24,082 nucleotides of DNA from a virus (IMGVR_UViG_3300025108_000384:1-24082); one strand, 5' to 3'. Shown: positions 1-8,124, counted from the first letter of the stretch. The notes: generated by a model from the letters alone, not told the origin. A program made the numbers and translations.

Positions 1-1
1 A

Positions 2-712
2 GGTTTAGTGTTTGAGCATGACATAGTACGAGTAGAAGGAAAAGCTGCTTGTTATAAGCAAGTAATTGCTTGTCATTCCTTGATAAAAGATTTTGAGTAT
101 TGTACTTTTGTAGATGCGGATTTGTTCTTTTTAGGCAAAGAAAATAGTATGAATGAGCCTATTAAAGAAGTTACAAAATTACTTATAAATAATCCCACTG
201 CTTTTGTATGGGCATTTAGTAGACAAGAAACTCCTGATGTTTCACATACTTTTTTACATAAACGAGGAAGAGTAAATACACTTAGACCTCATACTTATAC
301 TTGGGATTTAGAAGAAGAACTAGATATAGATGTGGAAGAACTTATACACACAGAAAAGGTATGGAACATATCTTTTATATTTAGTTTCTGTCCAAAAAGA
401 TTACAGACAGATGAGTACAAAGCCTGGGCATTGTATTCCATGTTAGATAACAATATGTGTGACGAAAGTATTTGGTGGCTATGGAGTAAAAAACATAACT
501 GCAAACCATATTATTGGGGAAATCCAGGTATACCTGATATATCTATTAGTACTCTAACTCATGAGTCTGAGGAAAAGTTACATTTGTTTCAACCTATGTT
601 TACAGATACTTTAGCTGAAAAGATACACAGAAGATATGAGACTTTTATGGCGATATTAGAAATAGAAAATAATTATAGAGAGTTTATAAATGACAGAATA
701 CAACAACGATAA
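2..712 (+). CDS. Putative GT-A fold glycosyltransferase-like protein (probably 5'-truncated by the window edge)
   Basis: The frame is open from base 2. It has a DxD motif in a hydrophobic strand (YCTFVDADLFF) and a later acidic DE motif (NMCDESIWW), as in nucleotide-diphospho-sugar transferases. Confidence 0.5.
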   Translation, partial: GLVFEHDIVRVEGKAACYKQVIACHSLIKDFEYCTFVDADLFFLGKENSMNEPIKEVTKLLINNPTAFVWAFSRQETPDVSHTFLHKRGRVNTLRPHTYTWDLEEELDIDVEELIHTEKVWNISFIFSFCPKRLQTDEYKAWALYSMLDNNMCDESIWWLWSKKHNCKPYYWGNPGIPDISISTLTHESEEKLHLFQPMFTDTLAEKIHRRYETFMAILEIENNYREFINDRIQQR

Positions 713-1007
713 GTTTAACGAAAGAGTAGCATTGAACATGCTAAAAAATCACATACTAAAAACTTATGACAGTCACTACAGTATGAATAAAATCCAGTCA
801 ACCGAGTTCATCTTTGACGCTGGTCATGGCGAAGGGTTCTGCCTAGGCAATATTATAAAGTATGCCCAACGCTATGGAAAGAAAGATGGAAAAAACGAGC
901 AGGACTTACTAAAGATTCTGCATTATGCAATAATTTTACTAGGGGTAGAAAATGAGAATAAAAAAACACGAACAGATTACACAAGCGAATATAACCAAGG
1001 TAATTGA
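690..1007 (+). CDS. DUF3310 (SaV-like / T7 gp1.7-like) domain protein
   Basis: Signature SHY...GFCLGNIIKYAQRYGKKDG...DLLKILHY. Confidence 0.8.
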   Translation: MTEYNNDKFNERVALNMLKNHILKTYDSHYSMNKIQSTEFIFDAGHGEGFCLGNIIKYAQRYGKKDGKNEQDLLKILHYAIILLGVENENKKTRTDYTSEYNQGN

Positions 1008-1611
1008 GTTATTAAATCCAAAGGATGGTAGTAAACCTATTACCAAGAAGGAAGCTTGTGGTATACTAAATATTGCTTACAACACAACAAGATTAAGTAA
1101 TATTATAAAAGAATTTAACGAGACTATGGAGTTTCGTGCAAAACGAAAAGCACAGAACAAAGGTAAAGCAGCAACACCACAAGAGATTTCATCTGCAGTA
1201 GCAATGTACTTGGAAGGAGCTACAGTATCAGATATAGCCAAAGGGTTGTATCGTTCTCCTGCTTTCGTAAAAGGTATCATTGATAGAATTGGAGTACCTC
1301 AGAAGCTCTCAATGACAGACTATGAAGGAAGAAGAAACGCAATGCTACCAGAGCAGTGCGTAGCTGAAGAGTTTGAACCCGAAGAAAAAGTTTGGGCAAT
1401 TAGACAAAACTATCCAGCAATAGTTAAAAGAGAACTGAAACCTGAATTGGCGGAAGAAAGAGGGTACAAAGTGTACTTAGTAGACACAATAGAGTGTACA
1501 CAAGAAGATTTAAAAGATACGTACTTTCCATATCTAAGTTTTGCAGGCAAACAATATTGTTTAGCATCTTATGAGATGGGCAGTCTAAGACATTTACGCG
1601 AGTATATGTAA
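952..1611 (+). CDS. D2: T5 D2-like DNA-binding protein
   Basis: TKKEACGILNIAYNTTRL motif and HTH segment VSDIAKGLYRSPAFVKGII. It lies upstream of D3 as in T5, with a GGGG SD upstream of the ATG. Confidence 0.75.
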   Translation: MRIKKHEQITQANITKVIELLNPKDGSKPITKKEACGILNIAYNTTRLSNIIKEFNETMEFRAKRKAQNKGKAATPQEISSAVAMYLEGATVSDIAKGLYRSPAFVKGIIDRIGVPQKLSMTDYEGRRNAMLPEQCVAEEFEPEEKVWAIRQNYPAIVKRELKPELAEERGYKVYLVDTIECTQEDLKDTYFPYLSFAGKQYCLASYEMGSLRHLREYM

Positions 1612-1622
1612 AAAGGACATTT

Positions 1623-1865
1623 ATGTCAGAATTAATAATAGCTATGTGGTTAGCTGCATGGCTCATACAACTTTGTGTGGTTTACCTTCCTATATTTAGG
1701 AGAATACCTCGTGGTCATATAATTAGGAGACAAAAGATAATATCTGGTGTTGTAACAATGGTAATGACTTTTGTTATAGTACCTTTTGTACTCCTACCCA
1801 TGTTAAACCCCATATATAAAATAAGATTTCAGAAAGGATTTCTGAACGGATTACTAGGAGAATAA
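1623..1865 (+). CDS. Small membrane protein (two predicted TM helices)
   Basis: AAGGA SD. Two hydrophobic stretches (LIIAMWLAAWLIQLCVVYLPIF; IISGVVTMVMTFVIVPFVLLPML) flank a basic loop. Confidence 0.7.
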   Translation: MSELIIAMWLAAWLIQLCVVYLPIFRRIPRGHIIRRQKIISGVVTMVMTFVIVPFVLLPMLNPIYKIRFQKGFLNGLLGE

Positions 1866-1868
1866 AAA

Positions 1869-2078
1869 ATGTATAGAGGCAACCCATATTTTGAAGCATT
1901 AGCAGCTAAGTATAATGCTGAAATATTAGAAGCTGAAGCAGTTTTACAAACTTATTTTCAAAATTCAGTAGGTATTGGAGAACACTCTGATCTACTACCT
2001 GAGTTTGATAAGTGGGTAGGTCAACTTGCAGAAGCAAAAGATAAATTGAAAGCATTAGAAAATTTACTAAAAAGATGA
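1869..2078 (+). CDS. Small coiled-coil hypothetical phage protein
   Basis: AGGAG SD; helical 69-aa ORF with a VGIGEHSD motif; ATGA overlap with the next gene. Confidence 0.7.
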   Translation: MYRGNPYFEALAAKYNAEILEAEAVLQTYFQNSVGIGEHSDLLPEFDKWVGQLAEAKDKLKALENLLKR

Positions 2079-2431
2079 GTCAATCCTTAATACTCACCTA
2101 TGAAGGAGAAGATATAGCAGTAGTTAGAGATACCTATGAAAGGGCAGTATATGAGTATATGCAGAGCTATGATTTTATAGGTTTTGATAATTGGTTATTA
2201 GAAGGTAATTTACTCTCTCAGAAAGAACTCTATAAAGACTGCATTCATTTTATTGATTTTAAGGATTGGGAAAACGAGTTAGATATGTTAAACTTACATC
2301 CAAAAGATACATCAATTATGGCAGGTCAAAAAAGTATATCGGACTATAAGAATTGGTATACAATGAAAAGTATAACTTTAATGTACCAGCTGTATCATGA
2401 AGAAATTGACCACTTCGGATATAGCTATTGA
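2075..2431 (+). CDS. Truncated Sulfotransfer_2-like (carbohydrate sulfotransferase) protein
   Basis: It has the 3'-PB-like motif AVVRDTYERAVYEY and a C-terminal YxxWY...LYHEEIDHFGYSY typical of this family. No N-terminal 5'-PSB loop is seen. Confidence 0.5.
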   Translation: MSQSLILTYEGEDIAVVRDTYERAVYEYMQSYDFIGFDNWLLEGNLLSQKELYKDCIHFIDFKDWENELDMLNLHPKDTSIMAGQKSISDYKNWYTMKSITLMYQLYHEEIDHFGYSY

Positions 2432-2470
2432 AAAATAGTTCTTGACGGATGGTTAAAATTCGGATATAAT
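2431..2470 (+). promoter_or_regulatory. Strong sigma70-type phage promoter P1
   Basis: AAAAATAGTTC, TTGACG (2442-2447), 17 bp spacer, TATAAT (2465-2470). Confidence 0.9.
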
Positions 2471-2494
2471 ATATTTATAATAAGGAAATAAGCA

Positions 2495-2965
2495 ATGAGC
2501 GACAGGTATTACACACAAATGCTAGAAACCACAGGTTGGTGTCCTGGCTATCGCAGTACCTATACTCTTGCTGAATACAAACAAAACTATAAACTAAAAA
2601 GGAAAAGAACTATGGCGTGGACAGACGAAAGTAAAGAACAAGCAGTTGAAATGTATACTGCAGAAGAACCAACTCCAGAAAATAGCATGGAGATTGTTAA
2701 GAATATTGCTGAAGAATTAGGCGAGAGCCCAAATGGTGTCAGAATGATTCTAACAAAAGCAGGTGTTTATGTTAAGAAAACACCAGCAGTCAAATCAAGC
2801 AGCGGTGGAACAGGTGGCGGTAGAGTCAATGTTGCAGCAGCTCAAGAAGGATTGACTAAAGCTATTGCTGATGCAGGAGAAGAAGCAGACGGTGCTATTG
2901 TAAGTAAGCTTACAGGTAAAGCAGCTGTGTATTTCACAAACCTAATCAACAAACTTAACGATTAA
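2495..2965 (+). CDS. D3: T5 D3-like HTH DNA-binding protein (alternative start at 2612)
   Basis: MAWTDE...PTPENSMEIVKNIAEELGESPNGVRMILTKAGVYVKK matches T5 D3. Both ATG 2495 and ATG 2612 have AAGGA SDs. Confidence 0.8.
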   Translation: MSDRYYTQMLETTGWCPGYRSTYTLAEYKQNYKLKRKRTMAWTDESKEQAVEMYTAEEPTPENSMEIVKNIAEELGESPNGVRMILTKAGVYVKKTPAVKSSSGGTGGGRVNVAAAQEGLTKAIADAGEEADGAIVSKLTGKAAVYFTNLINKLND

Positions 2966-2976
2966 TACCCCTGGAA

Positions 2977-3009
2977 TGTGGGTAGTCTTAGGACTGCCCG
3001 CACTTTTTT
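2977..3009 (+). terminator. Rho-independent terminator after D3
   Basis: Stem TGTGGGTAGTC / GACTGCCCGCA (11 bp with 2 G-U), loop TTAG, then CTTTTTT. Confidence 0.85.
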
Positions 3010-3085
3010 GCATCTAACAGAAAGACCTTGCAAGACGATACCATGATTGGACGGTAATAGATATTAACCTACCAACAAGGAACGC

Positions 3086-3358
3086 ATGAAAAAAGACGAT
3101 TTTGTTAAAAAAATTGATGACGCTGGTGATGCAGTAGTCACGTATCGCAGTCAGAATAGTCGCAGAATGAAATATAATGTCTGTACTAGAGACTTCGATA
3201 ATAAATACATACAGGAGAAAAGAAATAGAGCAAAGCCAAACAATAATCAAGTATTGTTGTTTTGTTGGGACACTGATTCTTATAGACTATTATCTCCTGA
3301 AAGCGTAACTTCTATCCTTCCTCTAGCGAGGATTTTGAAAAATGATAGAACTACATAA
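3086..3358 (+). CDS. Conserved T5-like hypothetical protein (possible SH3/WYL-like small beta-barrel)
   Basis: AAGGA SD; motif VLLFCWDTDSYRLL; syntenic position between D3 and the PC4-like gene. Confidence 0.7.
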   Translation: MKKDDFVKKIDDAGDAVVTYRSQNSRRMKYNVCTRDFDNKYIQEKRNRAKPNNNQVLLFCWDTDSYRLLSPESVTSILPLARILKNDRTT

Positions 3359-3644
3359 CGCAGCACCTGTTTACGAAAAAGAAATAGGTTATAACGAAGC
3401 TAAACATGAAAAAATCTTTGTTATGGTCAATACTTTTCGTGGAACAGAGTATTTACATATAAGAAAGTATTATCAAGACTTTGATGAAGAATGGAAACCA
3501 ACAAGGGACGGCATTGCCATGCCTTTAGATTTTGATAATAGTCGTGGACTATTTGAGGCATTAGTAGAAATACTTTCTATATCAGAAGTCAAAGGAGTAC
3601 TAGAAACTCATTTCAAAGAAGTGTTAGACAAGATATACCTATAG
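3342..3644 (+). CDS. PC4/p15 transcriptional-coactivator-like ssDNA-binding protein
   Basis: PC4 signature VNTFRGTEYLHIRKYYQD...WKPTRDGIAM. Confidence 0.85.
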   Translation: MIELHNAAPVYEKEIGYNEAKHEKIFVMVNTFRGTEYLHIRKYYQDFDEEWKPTRDGIAMPLDFDNSRGLFEALVEILSISEVKGVLETHFKEVLDKIYL

Positions 3645-3648
3645 CATC

Positions 3649-3689
3649 AAAAAATAATCCTTGACAAATCCTTAAAAATTCTGTATAAT
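3649..3689 (+). promoter_or_regulatory. Strong sigma70-type phage promoter P2 (ligase A)
   Basis: AAAAAATAATCC, TTGACA (3661-3666), 17 bp spacer, TATAAT (3684-3689). Confidence 0.9.
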
Positions 3690-3695
3690 ATATTT

Positions 3696-4634
3696 ATGAA
3701 TAAGACAGAATACCTAGAATATTGTAATCAAATGTATGCAGAAGGCAATCCTATATTACCTGACGATGTATATGATAGACTTGTAGAGAACACTGCTCTT
3801 GAGGAGCAAGTAGGTCATGCAAGTATTGATGCGCGATATTCACACCCTTTCCCAATGTACTCACTTCAGAAAGTCTTTGTAGGAGAAGATGAAGAACCAA
3901 ACTGGGAAGCCACACAAGCCACAATTATGACTGCCAAACTGGACGGTGCAGCTGTGTCTATAACTTATGTAGACGGCATCTTTCATCAAGCACTTACTCG
4001 TGGTGACGGCAAAGCAGGGTTAGATATTACTGATAAAATAAAAACTTTAGTGCCAAATGAAATATGGTGTAAAGGATTGAAACAGATTACTGGAGAAATC
4101 GTTGCCCCTAAAACAATACCAAATGCTAGAAATTATGCAAGTGGTGCTTTGAATCTAAAGGACATAGAAGAATTTAAATCCCGTAACCTTACTTTTGTTG
4201 CATATGGACTCCAGCCAGCCATTGGTGCTGAGTGGACAGAAGATATGAACTTAGTATCAGGCATGGGATTTAACGCTGTCACCAAAAGTGATTATCGTGA
4301 ATTTCCTCAGGATGGTAAAGTTGTACGAGTCGACTCTAATATATATTTTGAAAAATTAGGCTACACAGCACACCACCCTAGAGGTAGTTTCGCTTTAAAA
4401 ACAAGACAGGCTGGAGTAGTTACTCGGCTCTTGGATGTTGAATGGAATGTCGGGAAGTCAGGTGCTGTTTCACCAGTTGCAATTTTAGAGCCTTGTATCA
4501 TTGGAGAGGCGACAATAAGCAGAGCAACCCTACACAATATCGGATATATCGAAGCACTAGACTTAGAGATTGGATGTGATGTAGAGGTTATTCGTAGTGG
4601 AGAAATTATACCTAGAATAGTAAAAAGAGTATGA
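3696..4634 (+). CDS. ligA: NAD-dependent DNA ligase subunit A (adenylation + OB domains)
   Basis: Y..G.P...D..YD (domain Ia), HPFPMYSLQK, adenylation motif KLDG, ALTRGDG, GE, NARNYASG, QDGKV, RATLHN, RSGEIIPRI. It ends before the Zn finger, as the split T5 ligase does. Confidence 0.95.
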   Translation: MNKTEYLEYCNQMYAEGNPILPDDVYDRLVENTALEEQVGHASIDARYSHPFPMYSLQKVFVGEDEEPNWEATQATIMTAKLDGAAVSITYVDGIFHQALTRGDGKAGLDITDKIKTLVPNEIWCKGLKQITGEIVAPKTIPNARNYASGALNLKDIEEFKSRNLTFVAYGLQPAIGAEWTEDMNLVSGMGFNAVTKSDYREFPQDGKVVRVDSNIYFEKLGYTAHHPRGSFALKTRQAGVVTRLLDVEWNVGKSGAVSPVAILEPCIIGEATISRATLHNIGYIEALDLEIGCDVEVIRSGEIIPRIVKRV

Positions 4635-4831
4635 TACTAAGAGAGAAAATACAGAAAAAACTAGATGTACTAGAATACATGATGAAGAACAATGTTCATA
4701 TAGCAGACCCCAACGGGTGCATGGAATATAGTTGCAGCATCAGTAAATTTTGGTCAGTCCTTTCTGAAGAAGATAGAGATTTTATACAAGGCTGCCAGTC
4801 TTCCATTGAGGAAGGGTGGGAGTGGAAATGA
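4631..4831 (+). CDS. Hypothetical protein
   Basis: 66-aa ORF with ATGA overlaps at both ends (translational coupling). Confidence 0.7.
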   Translation: MILREKIQKKLDVLEYMMKNNVHIADPNGCMEYSCSISKFWSVLSEEDRDFIQGCQSSIEEGWEWK

Positions 4832-5460
4832 GAGTATTAATTATAGCTACTGGAAGAACAGGAAGTACCCAGCTTATGAAGGGTATTGCCGAGGGACTTG
4901 ACTGTAACTATATAGCTGAGCCTTGGAATCTAGAATTAAAAGATAAACTAGATGATAAACACCAGGCAATAGATTATCAAAATCTTCCTGAAGATGTAGT
5001 AGTAAAAGTTATTGTAAATACAAAACAATCTTTAGGATGTTATTTGTATTGGACAGATAGCCCTTATAATACTACAGGACTCGACTGGTTAGATGCAGAG
5101 AGTGAAACAGTATTTTGGTATAGATTTGCACAGAAGTTTGATAAAGTTATAATATTAGATAGGCGTGACACTTATGCAAGAGTAGTAAGTGCATCAATTT
5201 CTCAGCGACGTGGTATATGGCATGATAAGTATCTATATGATGAAAAGTTAATACCCGAAAATACAGATGAACTTATAATGGAAGCAGAAACTAGTTCTGC
5301 GTTATTAGAAATACTTTCACGGAAAATGAAAATTGATATAACATACTATGAAGAAATTTATAATAACATGCAAAGAAAAAATTACTTTAATCTTCCACTA
5401 GACTCTAAAAAACTTTTTGACAAATACTTAAATACAAAATACAGGTATCAAATAAGATGA
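4828..5460 (+). CDS. Sulfotransferase (Stf0-like P-loop family)
   Basis: 5'-PSB loop IIATGRTGSTQL, EP motif, 3'-PB motif ILDRRDTYARVVSAS...WH and ITYYEE. Start re-assigned to ATG 4828 (ATGA overlap). Confidence 0.75.
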   Translation: MRVLIIATGRTGSTQLMKGIAEGLDCNYIAEPWNLELKDKLDDKHQAIDYQNLPEDVVVKVIVNTKQSLGCYLYWTDSPYNTTGLDWLDAESETVFWYRFAQKFDKVIILDRRDTYARVVSASISQRRGIWHDKYLYDEKLIPENTDELIMEAETSSALLEILSRKMKIDITYYEEIYNNMQRKNYFNLPLDSKKLFDKYLNTKYRYQIR

Positions 5461-5837
5461 GTGGCGGAGTATATAATCAAACTTTTTTCGATAACCATCC
5501 GTGGGAAAAAGAAAAAGACGGCATACTATACGGAATAGTACTGGTAAACATGCAAACATGGGAACGAGAAACAATAAAGGTAGGCATCGCAAAAGGGCGA
5601 ACATTCAAAGACGCAGTAAAAAGAGGGCGTGGTTTTACGAACTACGACATAAGAATACAGAGACTTTGGCAGGGGACGATATACGATTGCTGGAGATGGG
5701 AACAGAAACTACACAAGATGTATCAAGATGACAGGCACAAAACACAACACCATTTTGGAGGGCATACGGAATGCTTTAGCATGGACTCAAAAATCCTACA
5801 TAGCTTCCCCAAGAAAAATGAAATATTTAGGGATTAG
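5457..5837 (+). CDS. T5orf172 / GIY-YIG-like nuclease domain protein
   Basis: GILYGI...IKVGIA...R...EQKLHK...FGGHTECF pattern characteristic of T5orf172/MUG113. Confidence 0.7.
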   Translation: MSGGVYNQTFFDNHPWEKEKDGILYGIVLVNMQTWERETIKVGIAKGRTFKDAVKRGRGFTNYDIRIQRLWQGTIYDCWRWEQKLHKMYQDDRHKTQHHFGGHTECFSMDSKILHSFPKKNEIFRD

Positions 5838-7146
5838 TGAAGGATTCCATGATGCCGCAGTGGCACACATGGAAGACGACAAAATTTTATTTGCAACTCA
5901 AGCTGAGAGGTACAGTCGTGTCAAGAATGATAAACATCTTCCTATAGAGTTTAAGAGATTAGAGTGTAATCAAAGTTTTTTCTATGAAGATACAGAGCTT
6001 AAAAATGCTCGTAGAATATTTCATGGTATGGAAGCTACAGATAATGGTAAGTTTATATCAAATCATATTAAACATCATGAAAGCCACATGGCAGCAGCAT
6101 ATTATACTGCTCCTTTTGTTCCAGATGCTACAGTAGTTATAGATGCTATAGGAGAATGGGACACAGCAAGTATTTGGGTAGACCATAAAAAAGTGTGGAG
6201 CATGAAGTACCCACAATCCTTAGGCTTATTCTATAGTGCAATCACGAAACGAATAGGACTCAAGCCAAATGAAGATGAGTATATAACAATGGGTATGGCA
6301 GCATATGGCACTCCTTGTGTAGATATGACCAACATGACGCGTAAGAATTTGCATAAAGGTATTCCTATGAAAAAATGGTTTTGGCATACACCTGAAGATA
6401 TAGCCGCTAGTGCGCAGTTGCAGATTGAATTTGAGATTGGAAAGATATTTGATAGAGCAAGACTGTACGGGGATAAAGTAGCATACGCTGGTGGCGTTGC
6501 ACTGAACTGTGTAGCAAACAGTAAAATAAGAGACAAGTTTAAAAAGATGTGGATATTTCCTAACCCAGGAGATGCAGGAAGTGCATTAGGTTGCATACTA
6601 GCACATACAAAACAAAGAATAGAATTTAAAGATACTTTTTTAGGATATGATATTGATAGACCTATCAGTCCTACTAAAGTAGTAGAAGAATTAATTAGTA
6701 ACCGAATGGTAGGAGTAGCAAATGGAAAAGCAGAGTTTGGCCCTAGGGCGCTTGGCAATCGCAGTCTTCTTGGCGATATCCGTTATGACATTAAAGACAC
6801 CGTTAATGATGTCAAAAAACGACAGAAGTTTAGACCCTTCGCTCCCGCGATATTGGAGGAGTTTGTAGATGAATACTTTGAAGGGCCTACTAATGAGTTT
6901 ATGCAATATGTTGCAAAAGCAAAACACGACCACAAATCAGTCACCCATGTTGATGGAACTGCAAGAGTACAGGTGGTTAGAAAAGACAGCACCTCAGCAC
7001 TACGACCAATACTAGAGGCGTATTACGAAGTGACAAAGATACCAATGTTATTAAATACAAGTTTAAACATAAAAGGCCAGCCTATGGTTAACACCTGGGA
7101 AGACGCCAAGTTATTTGAAAAAAGATATGGAGTAAAAGTATTTTGA
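5818..7146 (+). CDS. O-carbamoyltransferase, NodU/CmcH family
   Basis: YLGISEGFHDAAVA, ERYSRVKND, HHESHMAAAYY, VIDAIGE, SLGLFYS, EYITMGMAAYG, AGGVALNC, PGDAGSALG, EFGPRALGNRS, FRPFAP, THVDGTARVQ, LLNTSLN. Start re-assigned to ATG 5818. Confidence 0.95.
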   Translation: MKYLGISEGFHDAAVAHMEDDKILFATQAERYSRVKNDKHLPIEFKRLECNQSFFYEDTELKNARRIFHGMEATDNGKFISNHIKHHESHMAAAYYTAPFVPDATVVIDAIGEWDTASIWVDHKKVWSMKYPQSLGLFYSAITKRIGLKPNEDEYITMGMAAYGTPCVDMTNMTRKNLHKGIPMKKWFWHTPEDIAASAQLQIEFEIGKIFDRARLYGDKVAYAGGVALNCVANSKIRDKFKKMWIFPNPGDAGSALGCILAHTKQRIEFKDTFLGYDIDRPISPTKVVEELISNRMVGVANGKAEFGPRALGNRSLLGDIRYDIKDTVNDVKKRQKFRPFAPAILEEFVDEYFEGPTNEFMQYVAKAKHDHKSVTHVDGTARVQVVRKDSTSALRPILEAYYEVTKIPMLLNTSLNIKGQPMVNTWEDAKLFEKRYGVKVF

Positions 7147-7985
7147 GCGAGTCAGTACTAGATTTAAATTATGTAGACAACCCAGGAATATGCAAAAGAT
7201 ATAGTAGCACACACCCTGGGATTTATTATAATGGAGATAGCTTCACACAAGGGATGGAGTTACAAGATAGATTTAACGGATGTTATACACATTTAGTTGC
7301 AAAACATTTTGATGAAACTTGGGGAAGGTCATCTAAAATAGGAGGAGGTAATGACAGAATAGTGAGAGTTACTTCTACCGATATGATACAGATGCCTAAG
7401 AAACCTAAATTAGCAATTATATTATGGTCAGGCCCTAATAGAGTAGAGTACTTAAACAGTTTAAATATATGGAGACAGGTAGGACACATTCGTTTTTCTT
7501 TTGATAGAAAGCAGTTAGATATTAAAAGAAGCGATATTTATTGCCACCCCGACATGACTAGAGATCAATTTGAAGGGTGGAAATACTATATGAGATATTG
7601 CAGAAGTATTAAGTGGAATGTACATGATATGTGTATGCAGATGATTTATCTTAGAAGATTACTCAATAGTGAAGGCATACCTCATTTATACTACTTTATG
7701 AGTAAAGGACAAATAGACTGCGCTTTAGACTCTTTGAGCGAAAAAAGAAGAGAGGGTGCAAACATAGTATGGGAACAACAATATGGTATGAATAGACAAG
7801 ACTTTGAGAGAGAAATTCCTGAGTTAAATGATGAAGGTTTCTACGAAATGACAAAGTACAGATTTAAGAACAAGTATGGTCCAATGGACCATCCGTTAGA
7901 GGAAGGTCATCAAGCAATGGCCGATAGAATAATACAGGATATATATGATAAAAATTTGGATAAACTCTTTAATAAAAAAGATTAA
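7143..7985 (+). CDS. SGNH/GDSL hydrolase-like protein (acyl esterase/transferase)
   Basis: Block I NGDSFTQG, block II GGGNDRI, WSGPNR and block V DHPLEEGHQAMADRI. TTG start overlapping the carbamoyltransferase stop. Confidence 0.75.
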   Translation: MSESVLDLNYVDNPGICKRYSSTHPGIYYNGDSFTQGMELQDRFNGCYTHLVAKHFDETWGRSSKIGGGNDRIVRVTSTDMIQMPKKPKLAIILWSGPNRVEYLNSLNIWRQVGHIRFSFDRKQLDIKRSDIYCHPDMTRDQFEGWKYYMRYCRSIKWNVHDMCMQMIYLRRLLNSEGIPHLYYFMSKGQIDCALDSLSEKRREGANIVWEQQYGMNRQDFEREIPELNDEGFYEMTKYRFKNKYGPMDHPLEEGHQAMADRIIQDIYDKNLDKLFNKKD

Positions 7986-8049
7986 AGCATTACATTTTCA
8001 ATGGAAAAATCGAAACATTGTGGAAGATACCCACATCTACGAGGAGTAG
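7945..8049 (+). CDS. Small peptide MIKIWINSLIKKIKALHFQWKNRNIVEDTHIYEE (not in ORF track)
   Basis: AGGA SD 5 nt upstream; basic amphipathic 34-aa ORF that fills the gap before promoter P3. Confidence 0.5.
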   Translation: MIKIWINSLIKKIKALHFQWKNRNIVEDTHIYEE

Positions 8050-8084
8050 TAAATTTTGAATGTGGAAATTTTCCTGAGCATTTC

Positions 8085-8124
8085 AAAAATAGTTCTTGAC
8101 AGATGCTTAAACTTTTTGTATAAT
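8085..8124 (+). promoter_or_regulatory. Strong sigma70-type phage promoter P3 (ligase B-D5)
   Basis: AAAAATAGTTC, TTGACA (8096-8101), 17 bp spacer, TATAAT (8119-8124). Confidence 0.9.

Noticed and set aside
8001-8099. 32-aa ORF MEKSKHCGRY...FKNSS ending in the -35 box of P3
   Set aside because: No SD. It overlaps the better-supported 7945-8049 ORF, and its KNSS* end is just the promoter motif read in frame.
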